A stretch of 64,000 bases of DNA from an uncultured Clostridia bacterium. Lineage in GTDB: Bacteria > Bacillota > Clostridia > Christensenellales > DTU072. Below are positions 1-10,074 of the stretch, piece by piece. A program made the position numbers and the translations under genes. The notes beneath the pieces are model-generated. The model saw nothing but the letters and a program-made list of their open reading frames with translations, was not told the origin of the DNA and did not search any database. Every line of letters begins with the position of its first letter. The stretch's first letter is position 1. The stretch covers positions 26,036 to 90,035 of the forward strand of contig CALVYG010000001.1 of NCBI GenBank assembly GCA_944372095.1. Reading direction: 5' to 3'.

Positions 1-543
1 CAATACTTCGTCCACTATTATTATATCGGGTTTGCTGTTTACGGCAATCGCAAATCCCAGTCGCGCCGTCATTCCCGCGCTGTAATTCTTTATCGGGACT
101 TCCATAAAATCTTCAAGCTCCGCGAATTTTACTATTTCGTCGTATTTTTCGAGCATCTCTTTTTTCGTATACCCGAGAATGGCTCCGTTCAAAAATACGT
201 TTTCTTTTCCCGTTGCGTCGTAATCGAATCCCGCTCCTATATGCAGCATGGGAACCATAGTTCCGTTTATGGTAACCTTTCCCGCCGTAGGCGGTATTAT
301 TCCCGCTATTATCCTTAACAGCGTACTCTTTCCCGCTCCGTTCCGTCCCACTATCGCCACCGATTCGCCTCGGTATATATTCAGCGATACGTTATTAAGC
401 ACGTTAAAATCCTTATATTTTAATTGTCCTTTCAAAAATCTTATTACGAATTCTTTCAGACTGTCTACTTTCTGCGTAGGCATTCTGTAATTCATCGTTA
501 TTTTTTCTACTTTTATCAGTATATCTTTTTCGTTGTGTTCCAT
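1..543 (-). CDS. Polysaccharide ABC exporter ATP-binding subunit (Wzt/TagH-like), truncated at window edge
   Basis: Manually translated from ATG at 543: MEHNEKDILIKVEKITMNYRMPTQKVDSLKEF..., Walker A GRNGAGKS, YSAGM signature, Walker B IVDEVL; follows the Wzm-like permease. Confidence 0.9.
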   Translation of the reverse strand, partial: MEHNEKDILIKVEKITMNYRMPTQKVDSLKEFVIRFLKGQLKYKDFNVLNNVSLNIYRGESVAIVGRNGAGKSTLLRIIAGIIPPTAGKVTINGTMVPMLHIGAGFDYDATGKENVFLNGAILGYTKKEMLEKYDEIVKFAELEDFMEVPIKNYSAGMTARLGFAIAVNSKPDIIIVDEVL

Positions 544-558
544 TATGTCGTCCTCGTA

Positions 559-1374
559 TCAGAGATGGAATATAAACGTCTTTTTGCTGTGCGTTATGAA
601 CATATATCCGAACGCATATACAAATATTCCCATTCCGTATATAAGAAGATGCGCTTCCCAGCCCGGAACGTGCCCCATTATGATTTCCCTGAAATAGTCT
701 ACGTAGTAGTACATCGGATTGAATTGAAGCAATTCCGTAAATAACGGATTATTCAATGCGTTTATCGTATAAAAAATCGGCGTCGCATACATCAGCAAAG
801 TCACAAACACGTTATATATGTTTTTTATATCGCGAAAATATACATAAACGACAGACAATACAAAACTTACCCCCATCGTAATCATCGTCAGCGCAGGGAT
901 AAGTATTAACGTCATAAGAAGCGTCGGTTCAAAAGGCTGCTTATAAATTAACATAACTATAAACAACGCTACAAGTGCAAACACAAAGTTGACAAGCGCG
1001 GTATACACCGGTATTCTCGGATAACACGCCACGGGAATTCTGGTCTGCAACACAAGCGACCGCCTGCTCACTATGCTCGTAAGACCCATCTGCGTTCCCG
1101 AACGGAATACCGTGTTGTATATAAGCATTCCGCTTAAAACGTAAACCGGGTATTTTATTTCCACCATATCTCTTCCGAACAGCTGGCTGTATACAAACGA
1201 CAACACGAACATCGTAAGCAACGGATTCAGTACCGTCCATACTATTCCAAGCACCGAGTCACGATAAGTCGTTTTGACGTTCCTGATAACCATTGTCGCC
1301 AAAAGATTTATATTTTTCTTCCTTTCGTGCCAAAATTCGGCTTTTTTAGCTTCTTTTACTTCTTTGTTATTCAT
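559..1374 (-). CDS. Polysaccharide ABC exporter permease (Wzm/TagG-like)
   Basis: YRDSVLGIVWTVLNPL, YFRD, YATPIFY and NPM motifs; ~6 TM. Confidence 0.9.
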   Translation of the reverse strand: MNNKEVKEAKKAEFWHERKKNINLLATMVIRNVKTTYRDSVLGIVWTVLNPLLTMFVLSFVYSQLFGRDMVEIKYPVYVLSGMLIYNTVFRSGTQMGLTSIVSRRSLVLQTRIPVACYPRIPVYTALVNFVFALVALFIVMLIYKQPFEPTLLMTLILIPALTMITMGVSFVLSVVYVYFRDIKNIYNVFVTLLMYATPIFYTINALNNPLFTELLQFNPMYYYVDYFREIIMGHVPGWEAHLLIYGMGIFVYAFGYMFITHSKKTFIFHL

Positions 1375-2017
1375 TTTCTTCGTCTGTTTCCGCAGGGGAA
1401 TATTTCCTTTCCATTTCTTTTATTTGCTCTTCCGGTACGTTTTTAAGGCAATACTCCTCTCCTTTCAGTATGACCAAAAACGTCTTGAAAAACAGCTTAA
1501 CGTCCAATTTGAACGAAATATTTTCGGCATAATACACGTCATAATAACTTCTGCCTTTCTTTTCGAGATACCCGTTACCCGACACTTGCGCAAGTCCGCT
1601 CAATCCGGGTTTCACGTCGAATTTATGCTTTTCCCATTCTTCGTATTCTTCCAGATAAACCGGCATAAGCGGCCTCGGACCTATAAAACTCATATCACCT
1701 TTAAGTATGTTGAATAATTGCGGAGTTTCGTCAATTTTCAATTTTCGCAGAATTTTCCCGACGGCGGTTACGCTCGGATTGTCGTCTTCGATTACGGCGT
1801 GGTCGGTATCGAATGCCACGTCCGTAGATTTCATTGTACGGAATTTATATATCATAAAAATTTTCCCGTCCTTGCCGACGCGTTCCTGCTTAAAAAACGC
1901 TTTCCCGTGCCTGTCCGCTCTGATAAGTATCGCGGATATCAAAAATACCGGAGACATTACCACTATCCCGATAAGCGCGAAAAATCTGTCCAGAAACCCT
2001 TTTATCCTCTTGTACAT
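1367..2017 (-). CDS. Priming sugar transferase (polyprenyl glycosylphosphotransferase)
   Basis: FKQERVG, YKFRTM, DETPQLFNILKGDMSFIGPRP, KPGLSGLAQV. Confidence 0.92.
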   Translation of the reverse strand: MYKRIKGFLDRFFALIGIVVMSPVFLISAILIRADRHGKAFFKQERVGKDGKIFMIYKFRTMKSTDVAFDTDHAVIEDDNPSVTAVGKILRKLKIDETPQLFNILKGDMSFIGPRPLMPVYLEEYEEWEKHKFDVKPGLSGLAQVSGNGYLEKKGRSYYDVYYAENISFKLDVKLFFKTFLVILKGEEYCLKNVPEEQIKEMERKYSPAETDEENE

Positions 2018-2042
2018 TTCTACTTTCCTTTCTTACTTTTCG

Positions 2043-2894
2043 TCATTGCTGCATAATAAAAAGTCTCGGTTTTATGTTAAGCTTTTCGACGTGCATGAAT
2101 CCGCCGTATTCCCGCTGTTCGCCGTCAACGCAGAACAACTGTTTTTCTTCCAGATTTATTTCCACGTTCTTTACGGGAAGAAAATCTATTTTCTTGGAAT
2201 GATATTCTTTTCTGAACCCCATAAAAAATGCCCTGAAAAACGGGAAAAACATCCTTATTTTCCCCCATAAATTGTTTTTTCCGGTGCTTTTAATAAGTAA
2301 AAGGTGCATTATTTTATCGTCGGGACGGTACGCTTTATTGAATTTGAATCCGAAACATCTGTCCGAATCGATTATCATTATAAGCGAATAGTTTCCGCCG
2401 TACGTTTCGTTATCCGTTACGATTTCAGCTTTTATGTTGAAAACTTTATATGCGGATAGCACTTTGGCAACATACGCAAGCGCTTTGAATTTCTTCTTTG
2501 CTCCCGATTTCGCCCTGTAACCTATTTCCGTAAAGGACCCTGCCGCTATAACGTAAGAAAACAGATTCTTATTTACCATTCCCATACACGGCAGCCGTCT
2601 CGACCTCTTTAATCCTTCGCTCGTCGATTTTGCCCTTTCGTTCAATGTTCCGTAAGGAAAATAGAATATGTCTATTGCCATATCCTTACACTTATTCACG
2701 GCGTTGTTTATCGTCCCGTCTCCGCCGCAAACTATCAGTTTGTTAAATCCGCTTACGTCGTAATCCTGATCAGGCGAAAATAACCTCAGTTCGTGAATAT
2801 CGTCGTTTTTCGCACACACGAAACGTATTACGTCAACATCCACGCCTTCAGAATTTCCGCTCATATCGTTTACGACTATCAACGTTTTCTTCAT
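2043..2894 (-). CDS. Diacylglycerol/lipid kinase family protein
   Basis: GGDGTIN, PYGTLNE and C-terminal VDGE motifs. Confidence 0.8.
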   Translation of the reverse strand: MKKTLIVVNDMSGNSEGVDVDVIRFVCAKNDDIHELRLFSPDQDYDVSGFNKLIVCGGDGTINNAVNKCKDMAIDIFYFPYGTLNERAKSTSEGLKRSRRLPCMGMVNKNLFSYVIAAGSFTEIGYRAKSGAKKKFKALAYVAKVLSAYKVFNIKAEIVTDNETYGGNYSLIMIIDSDRCFGFKFNKAYRPDDKIMHLLLIKSTGKNNLWGKIRMFFPFFRAFFMGFRKEYHSKKIDFLPVKNVEINLEEKQLFCVDGEQREYGGFMHVEKLNIKPRLFIMQQ

Positions 2895-2907
2895 TCAGTC
2901 CGACCCG

Positions 2908-4008
2908 TTATTTTAATTCCTTTTCCGCTGCTTCCAGAGCACGGGATATTACTTTGTCCATATCGTAATATTTATACTCGCCCAACCTTCCTCCGAAAAT
3001 CACGTTTTTTTCTTCTTTACTCTTTTTTTCGTATAACGCGTATATTTCACCGTTTCTTTCGTCGTTTATCGGATAATACGCCTCTTTCCCTTCCGTCCAT
3101 TCCGTCGGATACTCCCTGCTTATTACCGTTTTCGGACATTTCGTAAATTCGAAATGTTTATGCTCGATTATTCTCGTATACGGAATTTCGTACTCGGTAT
3201 AGTTTATTACGGCATTTCCCTGATAATCTTCGATATCGAGAATTTCGTCTTCGAATCTTACCGTCCTGTATTCGAGTTTTCCGTACTTATATCCGAAAAA
3301 TTCGTCTATTTTCCCGGTAAAAACAATCTTTCCGAACTTATCGTCCGTGTTCTTTATAAATTCAAAATAATCGACTCCCGTTCTTACTTCCGCGCCTTCC
3401 AACATTTTTTTCACCATTTCGGTATATCCGCCGATAGGAATCCCCTGGTATTTGGCGTCAAAGTAATTGTTGTCATACGTAAACCTCAACGGCAACCGCT
3501 TGATTATAAACGCAGGTAAATCCTTACATCTTCTTCCCCACTGCTTTTCGGTATATCCCTTAACAAGAGTTTCGAATACGTCTTTTCCGACAAGTTTAAG
3601 AGCTTGTTCTTCCAGGTTCGCCGGCTCGCCTATATTCAGTTCGGCAATCTGAGAATTTATCTTTTCTTTTGCTTCTTCCGCAGTGGTCACTCCCCAAAGC
3701 TGGTGAAAAGTGTTCATATTGAACGGCATATTGTATCTTTTACCCTTATACACGGCTATCGGGCTGTTGATGAAGTTATTGAACGAAGCAAATCTGTTTG
3801 CGTATTCCCATATTTTGTCGTCGTTGGTATGAAAAATATGAGCGCCGTAACGGTGTACGTTTATTCCTTCCACTTTTTCACAATAGATATTTCCCGCAAT
3901 ATGATTTCTCTTATCTATGACAAGGCAGGTTTTCCCTGCGTCCGTCGCTTCCCTTGCAAATACCGCCCCGAAAAGTCCGGCTCCCACTATCAGATAATCG
4001 TATCTCAT
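2908..4008 (-). CDS. glf: UDP-galactopyranose mutase
   Basis: GAGLFG FAD motif, HRYGAHIFHT, YTEKQWG, GRLGEYKYYDMD. Confidence 0.97.
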   Translation of the reverse strand: MRYDYLIVGAGLFGAVFAREATDAGKTCLVIDKRNHIAGNIYCEKVEGINVHRYGAHIFHTNDDKIWEYANRFASFNNFINSPIAVYKGKRYNMPFNMNTFHQLWGVTTAEEAKEKINSQIAELNIGEPANLEEQALKLVGKDVFETLVKGYTEKQWGRRCKDLPAFIIKRLPLRFTYDNNYFDAKYQGIPIGGYTEMVKKMLEGAEVRTGVDYFEFIKNTDDKFGKIVFTGKIDEFFGYKYGKLEYRTVRFEDEILDIEDYQGNAVINYTEYEIPYTRIIEHKHFEFTKCPKTVISREYPTEWTEGKEAYYPINDERNGEIYALYEKKSKEEKNVIFGGRLGEYKYYDMDKVISRALEAAEKELK

Positions 4009-4009
4009 T

Positions 4010-4861
4010 TTATTTCACCGTCCTTTTGAGGTATTCGGAAAATTTTTCACCGAACAATTCGGAACGAAGCGCATACTCGACGTTTGCCTGACAAAATCCG
4101 AATTTATTTCCGAGGTCGTATCTTTTACCTTCGAATTCGTAAGCATACCCCCCCTTCGCCGAAAGAATATTTCTTATTGCCACGGTAAGGTAAAGTTCGT
4201 CCATAAACAACGGCGCTTCCTCCAATGCGCGGAAAATATCGGGCGTAAGCACGAATCTCCCAAGGCTTACCAAATCCGACGGAAGTTCGTCAACCGGCGG
4301 TTTCTCTTTTATATCCTTTGCTTCCGTAAATCTGCCCTCGCTTTTTCCGGGAACGATAACTCCGCATCTTGCAGCAATTTCTTTTTCGCAACGCTGTACT
4401 CCTATTATGGTTTTCCCCGTAAGTTCGAAAGCGTCGCAAAGCTGCCCTATCGCGGGGCGGTTTTCGGTATATATAACGTCGTCTCCGAACATTACCGCAA
4501 AAGGTTCGTCTCCCACCGCTTTTTTCGTCACCAACACCGCGTCGCCGTTTCCTCTCATCGGCTCCTGTAACACAAACGTTATTTTCGCTCTGTCAAGAAT
4601 TTCGTCAACCGATTTCAAAAGCGTCCTGTCTTTCAGATTGTCGTAAATCTCGCTTTCGGAAAAATAATTTTCTATCGCCTGCTTACCCCTGCTTACCACT
4701 ATTATGATTTCCGTTATACCGGAATTTACCGCCTCTTCGATTACGTACTGAATGGCGGGCTTATCTACTATCGGCAGCATTTCCTTAGGTACGCCTTTCG
4801 TTATCGGCAAGAATCGCGTCCCGTATCCTGCCGCAGGTATTACGGCTTTTTTTATTTTCAT
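4010..4861 (-). CDS. galU: UTP-glucose-1-phosphate uridylyltransferase
   Basis: KAVIPAAGYGTRFLPITKGVPKEMLPIVDKP. Confidence 0.95.
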   Translation of the reverse strand: MKIKKAVIPAAGYGTRFLPITKGVPKEMLPIVDKPAIQYVIEEAVNSGITEIIIVVSRGKQAIENYFSESEIYDNLKDRTLLKSVDEILDRAKITFVLQEPMRGNGDAVLVTKKAVGDEPFAVMFGDDVIYTENRPAIGQLCDAFELTGKTIIGVQRCEKEIAARCGVIVPGKSEGRFTEAKDIKEKPPVDELPSDLVSLGRFVLTPDIFRALEEAPLFMDELYLTVAIRNILSAKGGYAYEFEGKRYDLGNKFGFCQANVEYALRSELFGEKFSEYLKRTVK

Positions 4862-4914
4862 CTGTTTCCCTCCTAATTTGTCTATTTATATTTAGTATTT
4901 ATCAGTTGTTTTTA

Positions 4915-4943
4915 ATTATAATTTAGGGAACCCTTTTTGTCAA
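4915..4943 (-). promoter_or_regulatory. Sigma-A promoter of the galU-glf-wzm/wzt operon
   Basis: TTGACA-17 nt-TATAAT on the minus strand. Confidence 0.8.
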
Positions 4944-5111
4944 TGTTTTTAACTCCACAAAACGCCACGGTAAAAAAACTAAATTTTAATTCAATATTTT
5001 TATCGGAATTAAAGTATCATAATATCCATTTTCGGAATCCCAAAATTCCTTCTAATTATAAATAAAGTCTTTTTATATCCTGTCCCTCTTTTAACAGTCA
5101 CAAACACCGTA

Positions 5112-5140
5112 TTGACAACGGCGCGAAAAACGGATATAAT
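5112..5140 (+). promoter_or_regulatory. Sigma-A promoter of the small lipoprotein gene
   Basis: TTGACA-17 nt-TATAAT. Confidence 0.8.
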
Positions 5141-5179
5141 TGTTTTAACAAAATAAATCCTTAAAGGAGTGAACGGATT

Positions 5180-5545
5180 ATGAAAAAAGCATTGAAAATA
5201 ATTGTTGCGGTTGCTTTGATAGCCGCATTCGCTTGCATTTTATTTGCGTGCGTACCCACTAACCTCGAAAAGGCAAAAGAAAAAATGGAAAATGAAGGCT
5301 TTTCCGTTTTATCCGCTTCGTTCAACTATGAAGGAATGGAAGGTGCGTTTAGTGCCACAAAAGTAAGCATTTCCGAAGGTTCCGGAACGCTCACCGCTAT
5401 TTACTTCGAAAGCATTTCCGCGGCAAAAGAAGCTTATGAAACGATTGTCGGAGAAGAAAACAAAGATAAAGATAATGCCGTCAAACAGAGCGGCAGATGG
5501 GTTTACTTCGGTACTTCTGCCGGAATTAAAGCTTTCGAAGGCTGA
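5180..5545 (+). CDS. Small hypothetical lipoprotein
   Basis: SD AAGGAG; signal peptide with lipobox LFAC; own promoter and terminator. Confidence 0.8.
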   Translation: MKKALKIIVAVALIAAFACILFACVPTNLEKAKEKMENEGFSVLSASFNYEGMEGAFSATKVSISEGSGTLTAIYFESISAAKEAYETIVGEENKDKDNAVKQSGRWVYFGTSAGIKAFEG

Positions 5546-5566
5546 ACCGATATCGGATAATTTTTC

Positions 5567-5596
5567 AAAAGAGAACCTTATCGGTTCTCTTTTTTT
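5567..5596 (+). terminator. Intrinsic terminator
   Basis: AAAAGAGAACC-loop-GGTTCTCTTTT followed by T run. Confidence 0.8.
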
Positions 5597-5659
5597 CTGA
5601 AAAAATTTTTTAATCGTTCGGGTGTTCATAAAGGCGCGATTACTTCATAGAATTTAAGT

Positions 5660-6499
5660 ATGAAAAATCTCGCTTATTATAACGGAGCGGTAGGCGAACT
5701 CACCGATATGTCAATCCCGATGTGCGACAGAGTATGTTTTTTCGGTGACGGCGTTTATGACGCTACCTACGCAAGAAACAAAAAAGTTTTTACACTCACA
5801 GAACACGTCGACAGACTTTTTTTCAGCGCGGAATCCGTCGGAATCGTTCCGCCCGTTCAGAAAGAAAAACTTTGTCAGCTTGTACGCTCACTCGTCACCC
5901 GCTGTGACGAAAACGAAACGTTCGTTTACGTTCAGTTTACCCGGGGCATATGCGTTCCGCGCAATCATATACATATCGGCGGCGACGCCAATTTATGGAT
6001 TACCGTAACGCCGAAAAAAATCACTCCGAAAGAAAAACGTCTTACTCTTATGACTTACCCCGACGAAAGGTATAATCTTTGCTATGTAAAAACTTTGAAT
6101 CTTTTGCCAAACGTACAGGCTTCAAATCTCGCGGCGAAAAACGGCTGTGACGAAGCTCTTTTCGTGGAGAACGGAACGGTTAACGAATGCGCGCACAGCA
6201 ACGTGCATATTCTCTCCGACGGCGTGTTGATTTCCCCTCCGCCCGGGAACCGCGTTCTCGGCGGTATTGCCCGCAATCATCTTTTGTCCGCATGCAAAAA
6301 ACTCGCCGTTCCCGTCGAAGAAAGACATTTTTCTCTTGACGAAGCAATGGGCGCCGACGAGGTTTACATTACCAGTGCGGGGACTTTTCTCGCTCCCTGT
6401 CGCGCCATTGACGGAAAAGAAGTCGGCGGCGGTAATATCGGTCTGACCAATGCTCTTCAAAACGAGCTTTACGGGGAATTTTATGCTTTTACCGACTGA
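5660..6499 (+). CDS. Class IV PLP aminotransferase (D-amino-acid aminotransferase-like)
   Basis: DRVCFFGDGVYD, VKTLNLLPN (PLP lysine), ECAHSN, LGGIAR, ADEVYITS. Confidence 0.88.
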   Translation: MKNLAYYNGAVGELTDMSIPMCDRVCFFGDGVYDATYARNKKVFTLTEHVDRLFFSAESVGIVPPVQKEKLCQLVRSLVTRCDENETFVYVQFTRGICVPRNHIHIGGDANLWITVTPKKITPKEKRLTLMTYPDERYNLCYVKTLNLLPNVQASNLAAKNGCDEALFVENGTVNECAHSNVHILSDGVLISPPPGNRVLGGIARNHLLSACKKLAVPVEERHFSLDEAMGADEVYITSAGTFLAPCRAIDGKEVGGGNIGLTNALQNELYGEFYAFTD

Positions 6500-7550
6500 C
6501 AGAACTTATGCCGACGTAAACGTAAAACAATTTATCGGCAACGTAAATTTTTTCCGCAATAAATGTAAAAATAAAAAAATCATCGCCGTTCTGAAAGCGT
6601 CCTGCTACGGACACGGCGACAGACTTGCAGAATTTGTTTATAACAATGTTGATGCTTTGGGTGTCGCTACTCTCGATGAAGGTATCCGATTGCGCAGATT
6701 TTGTCCGAATATCCCTATTTTAATTCTCGGTTACGTTCCTTTCGGGTCGGTATTCGCTTTGGATAAATACGCTTTATCCGTTTCGGTGTTTTCTCTTTCG
6801 TACGCTCAGACTCTGAACGCTCAGGCGGGAAAATACGGTATTAAATTAAAAGCCCATCTTAAAATAAATTCCGGTATGGACAGACTCGGTTTTTCTTACG
6901 ATAAAGAACAAGACTTAATTTCGGTCCTGTCTCTCGGGAACATTATATTCGAAGGCATTTTCAGCCACTACGCGGCAAGCGAAAAAGAATCTCCCGATTT
7001 TTTCCTCGAACAAACCCGGAGATTTGAATATGCGCTAAATATTTGTCGCGGGTTATATGATAAATTCGATTTCATACATATAGCAAACACATCTGCCGCC
7101 GACGAAAACTCATTCGGCAATACGGTAAGAATCGGTTACGGCCTTTACGGATACGGGTTAGAGGAAGTTACGCCAGTACTTAATTGGAAAGCGCGCGTAA
7201 TACAGGTTCACCGCGCAAATAAAGGCGAAACCGTAGGATACGGCAGAACCTATATAGTCGAGAAGCCTGCGCTTATCGCCACTCTCGCCGTAGGATACGG
7301 CGACGGCTATCCGCGCATTATGTCAAATTGCGGAAAAGTTATTTTTAACGGAAAATTTTTACCGGTTGTCGGCAGAGTCTGTATGGATATGATGATGGTA
7401 AACGCATCGGGAAGCGGCATTAAGCCGGGAGATTACGTCACTCTTTTAGGTTCGGATAACAATTTATCCATAAGTGCGGAAGAACTCGGTTTCGGCTATG
7501 AAGTCCTTTGCGGAATTTCGCCGAGAGTAAAAAAATACTATATTACGTAA
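6483..7550 (+). CDS. alr: Alanine racemase
   Basis: AVLKASCYGHG, HLKINSGMDRLG, GYGDGYPR, GRVCMD; likely start ATG 6483 overlapping the upstream gene. Confidence 0.92.
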   Translation: MLLPTDRTYADVNVKQFIGNVNFFRNKCKNKKIIAVLKASCYGHGDRLAEFVYNNVDALGVATLDEGIRLRRFCPNIPILILGYVPFGSVFALDKYALSVSVFSLSYAQTLNAQAGKYGIKLKAHLKINSGMDRLGFSYDKEQDLISVLSLGNIIFEGIFSHYAASEKESPDFFLEQTRRFEYALNICRGLYDKFDFIHIANTSAADENSFGNTVRIGYGLYGYGLEEVTPVLNWKARVIQVHRANKGETVGYGRTYIVEKPALIATLAVGYGDGYPRIMSNCGKVIFNGKFLPVVGRVCMDMMMVNASGSGIKPGDYVTLLGSDNNLSISAEELGFGYEVLCGISPRVKKYYIT

Positions 7551-7554
7551 AATT

Positions 7555-8217
7555 TTAATCGTCGTTTTTAACGCCCTCTATTTCAAGGTGAGGAAGATTG
7601 AGGTGCAAGGCGGCCGCAAGCATTCTGATAAGGAAAACCGCCGCCGTACTCACGCCGAACGCCCAGGCTTCCCCCGTATTGCACAAAATCATAAAATAAC
7701 AAATAATGCTTCCCGCAAGCGCCGCAACGGCATAAATTCTTTTCCGGAATACCATAGGAATGGATTTACTCATAACGTCGCGCAGAATTCCTCCGCCGCA
7801 TCCGGTTGTAAAACCTACGAATATGCAAAGAAATCCGTTTTCTCCGTATCCGTAATTCACCGAAAGAATAACTCCTACCGCTGCAAAAATCCCCAATCCC
7901 AATGCGTCGAATATATTAAAAATATTGTTTACAACCCGCCTGTGGCTTGCATACCGGCTTCTGAAAATTGCTATAACGATAAAAATAATAATCGTTGCTG
8001 CTCCTGCCGCCATAAGATACGAATAATCTTCAAACATCGCAGGCGGAGTTTTCCCGAGTATCAGGTCTCTTACCACTCCGCCGCCCAGCGCGGTTACCAC
8101 GCCCAGAAACAATACGCCGAATAAGTCAAGTTTTCTTTCGATTGCGACTATTCCGCCGGTTACGGCAAACGCAACCGTTCCTATCATTTCAAGAACGTAT
8201 ATCGCATTGTCTGACAT
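7555..8217 (-). CDS. Trimeric intracellular cation channel (UPF0126/YadS-like) membrane protein
   Basis: Duplicated GGG-x-x-RD motifs (ALGGGVVRD, CGGGILRD) and FDALGLG. Confidence 0.88.
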   Translation of the reverse strand: MSDNAIYVLEMIGTVAFAVTGGIVAIERKLDLFGVLFLGVVTALGGGVVRDLILGKTPPAMFEDYSYLMAAGAATIIIFIVIAIFRSRYASHRRVVNNIFNIFDALGLGIFAAVGVILSVNYGYGENGFLCIFVGFTTGCGGGILRDVMSKSIPMVFRKRIYAVAALAGSIICYFMILCNTGEAWAFGVSTAAVFLIRMLAAALHLNLPHLEIEGVKNDD

Positions 8218-8325
8218 ATTCCCTCCGACATTTTGTTTGCTTTGTTATTATAATCCCCTTTTTTATTTATTGTCAACCTAAACCGTAAGTTTGGTTTTTT
8301 TATACTTTTTGCTCATACTACCGTT

Positions 8326-9030
8326 ATGAATTTGTACAATTTCTTACGTGCAACTGCGCGGAAATTCACTAAAAAAGTTAAATTTACCGAAACCGTTCCC
8401 GTCGAACCTGCGCCATTCATCGTTACAAACCATACGGGAATTTCCGCTCCCGCTATGTTTCTGCTTCATTATCCCGCACCTTTAAGAACCTGGTCGCATT
8501 ATGCCTTTCTCGATAAAAAAACAACAATTTTTCACTTGAAAAACAACGTTCTAAAACGCCGTAAAGCCGGATTTTTGCTTTATCCTTTCGCACGCATATT
8601 CGTTTCGGTTATAGTCTGGTTTTTCCGTCAGGCTAACCCCGTTCCCGTGTGGCGCGGCAGTAAAAAAATTGTCGACACTCTGAACATTTCCGTAGAAACG
8701 AAATTACAAGGCATCACTCAGGTTGTGTTTCCCGAAAAACTCGACAGCAACGATATTTCCCTCGTTAATCCTTATTTGTTCCGCCTTAACCGCGGCTTTG
8801 TCTACGCCGCTAAAACTTATTATGAAAAGACGGGCAAATTATTGAAATTTTATCCTGCTTACAGCTGTCCGTCTCTCTCAACGGTAGTTATCGGCGAACC
8901 TGTCTGCTACAACCCCGATTATCCCATACACGAACAAAAAGAAAGCGTTTGCCAATATCTGGAAAACAAAATCCATTCCCTGGCTTTAACGCTTCCTCCG
9001 CATAAAATAGTCTTACCAGTTCAAAAATAG
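8326..9030 (+). CDS. Glycerophospholipid acyltransferase-like (PlsC superfamily) protein
   Basis: VTNH motif I (canonical HX4D Asp absent), PVWR, VVFPE, IGEP. Confidence 0.65.
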   Translation: MNLYNFLRATARKFTKKVKFTETVPVEPAPFIVTNHTGISAPAMFLLHYPAPLRTWSHYAFLDKKTTIFHLKNNVLKRRKAGFLLYPFARIFVSVIVWFFRQANPVPVWRGSKKIVDTLNISVETKLQGITQVVFPEKLDSNDISLVNPYLFRLNRGFVYAAKTYYEKTGKLLKFYPAYSCPSLSTVVIGEPVCYNPDYPIHEQKESVCQYLENKIHSLALTLPPHKIVLPVQK

Positions 9031-9040
9031 TTTAATTATC

Positions 9041-9994
9041 TTACCCGTCTATTTTTCCCGTCTCCGCATCTTGGAAAAACAGCCAATATCCGTCGTATCC
9101 GTCCATTCCGCTTAAAGGAAACCATTGCGCTATTCCGTCGGCGGCTTTCGGCGGTTTTACCGATTCTTTCCCCGGTACGCCGTATCCGAGAAACCTTACT
9201 TTCCCGTTATCTTTGAGTCTTCCTACTACATAATAATCTTCTCCGTCGTAATTTACCTTTACCCATTCCGAGTCGGGTATCGCTTCGCTCAATCCCTTTT
9301 CGGCAGGATATACGACGAAAAGTTCGTCTATCCTGTCGCTTATCCCGAGATAATATCCGGTCTTTTCTTCTCCCAATCTTCTGAGCATATCGGTTTCTTC
9401 GTTGACGGCTTCTTCTTCCTTTTTCGGGTATTCATTGAGTGTTCCCTTATCTTTTACGTTTTCCTTACTTTCTTTTTCATCGATTTCGACTTCGTTTTCT
9501 TTTATGGTTTGCGGCAAAATATCACCGGAACGTTCCGCTTGCTCCGATTCGGAATTCATTATTTCTTTTTCTTCCGACATATCGGTAATTACCGTTTGAG
9601 AAGTTTCCTCGTTCTTTTCCGTGCGTACGCTTCTCAGAACTTCTTCCGTGTCTTCGGATTTTTGTTCTTCCGATTGAATGTTTCCGCTTAAAATCGCCTG
9701 TTTTTCTCTTTCGGAAAGTTCTTTCCCGCCGGTGGCGATTATTTCTTTTCCATCAAATACCATACAGCTCATATTATCGGTATTCGTCAGAGAAAGTCCT
9801 ATTTCCGCCTCGGTTCGTTTCCCTGTTAACGTTATAATCTCGAACTTCTGTCCCGATTTCACATACGCTTTCATTCCGGACTTGAAATTTTCTCCCACAA
9901 TTTTTGCTCCCGATTCGTTTCCTACGCGTACAAAAGTAACGTATCCTTTCGGGGTTCTGTCGCTAAGTACAAATGTCCTTTTAACCAAACTCAT
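9041..9994 (-). CDS. Hypothetical protein with acidic low-complexity centre
   Basis: 317-aa ORF, E/K-rich middle, C-terminal WVKVNY...YYVVG...GYGVPG...GYW domain. Confidence 0.75.
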   Translation of the reverse strand: MSLVKRTFVLSDRTPKGYVTFVRVGNESGAKIVGENFKSGMKAYVKSGQKFEIITLTGKRTEAEIGLSLTNTDNMSCMVFDGKEIIATGGKELSEREKQAILSGNIQSEEQKSEDTEEVLRSVRTEKNEETSQTVITDMSEEKEIMNSESEQAERSGDILPQTIKENEVEIDEKESKENVKDKGTLNEYPKKEEEAVNEETDMLRRLGEEKTGYYLGISDRIDELFVVYPAEKGLSEAIPDSEWVKVNYDGEDYYVVGRLKDNGKVRFLGYGVPGKESVKPPKAADGIAQWFPLSGMDGYDGYWLFFQDAETGKIDG

Positions 9995-10038
9995 AAATTT
10001 CCTTTTTTTAATTTTTATGCTTTTAATTACTGCGTTAT

Positions 10039-10068
10039 GTATATAAACCGATAATCAAGGGAAAACTT
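10039..10068 (+). promoter_or_regulatory. Sigma-F/G-like sporulation promoter (putative)
   Basis: GTATA-15 nt-GGGAAAACTT matches the sigma-F consensus GYATA-15-GGNNANAHT; ends 6 nt before ATG 10075. Confidence 0.55.
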
Positions 10069-10074
10069 TGTGAT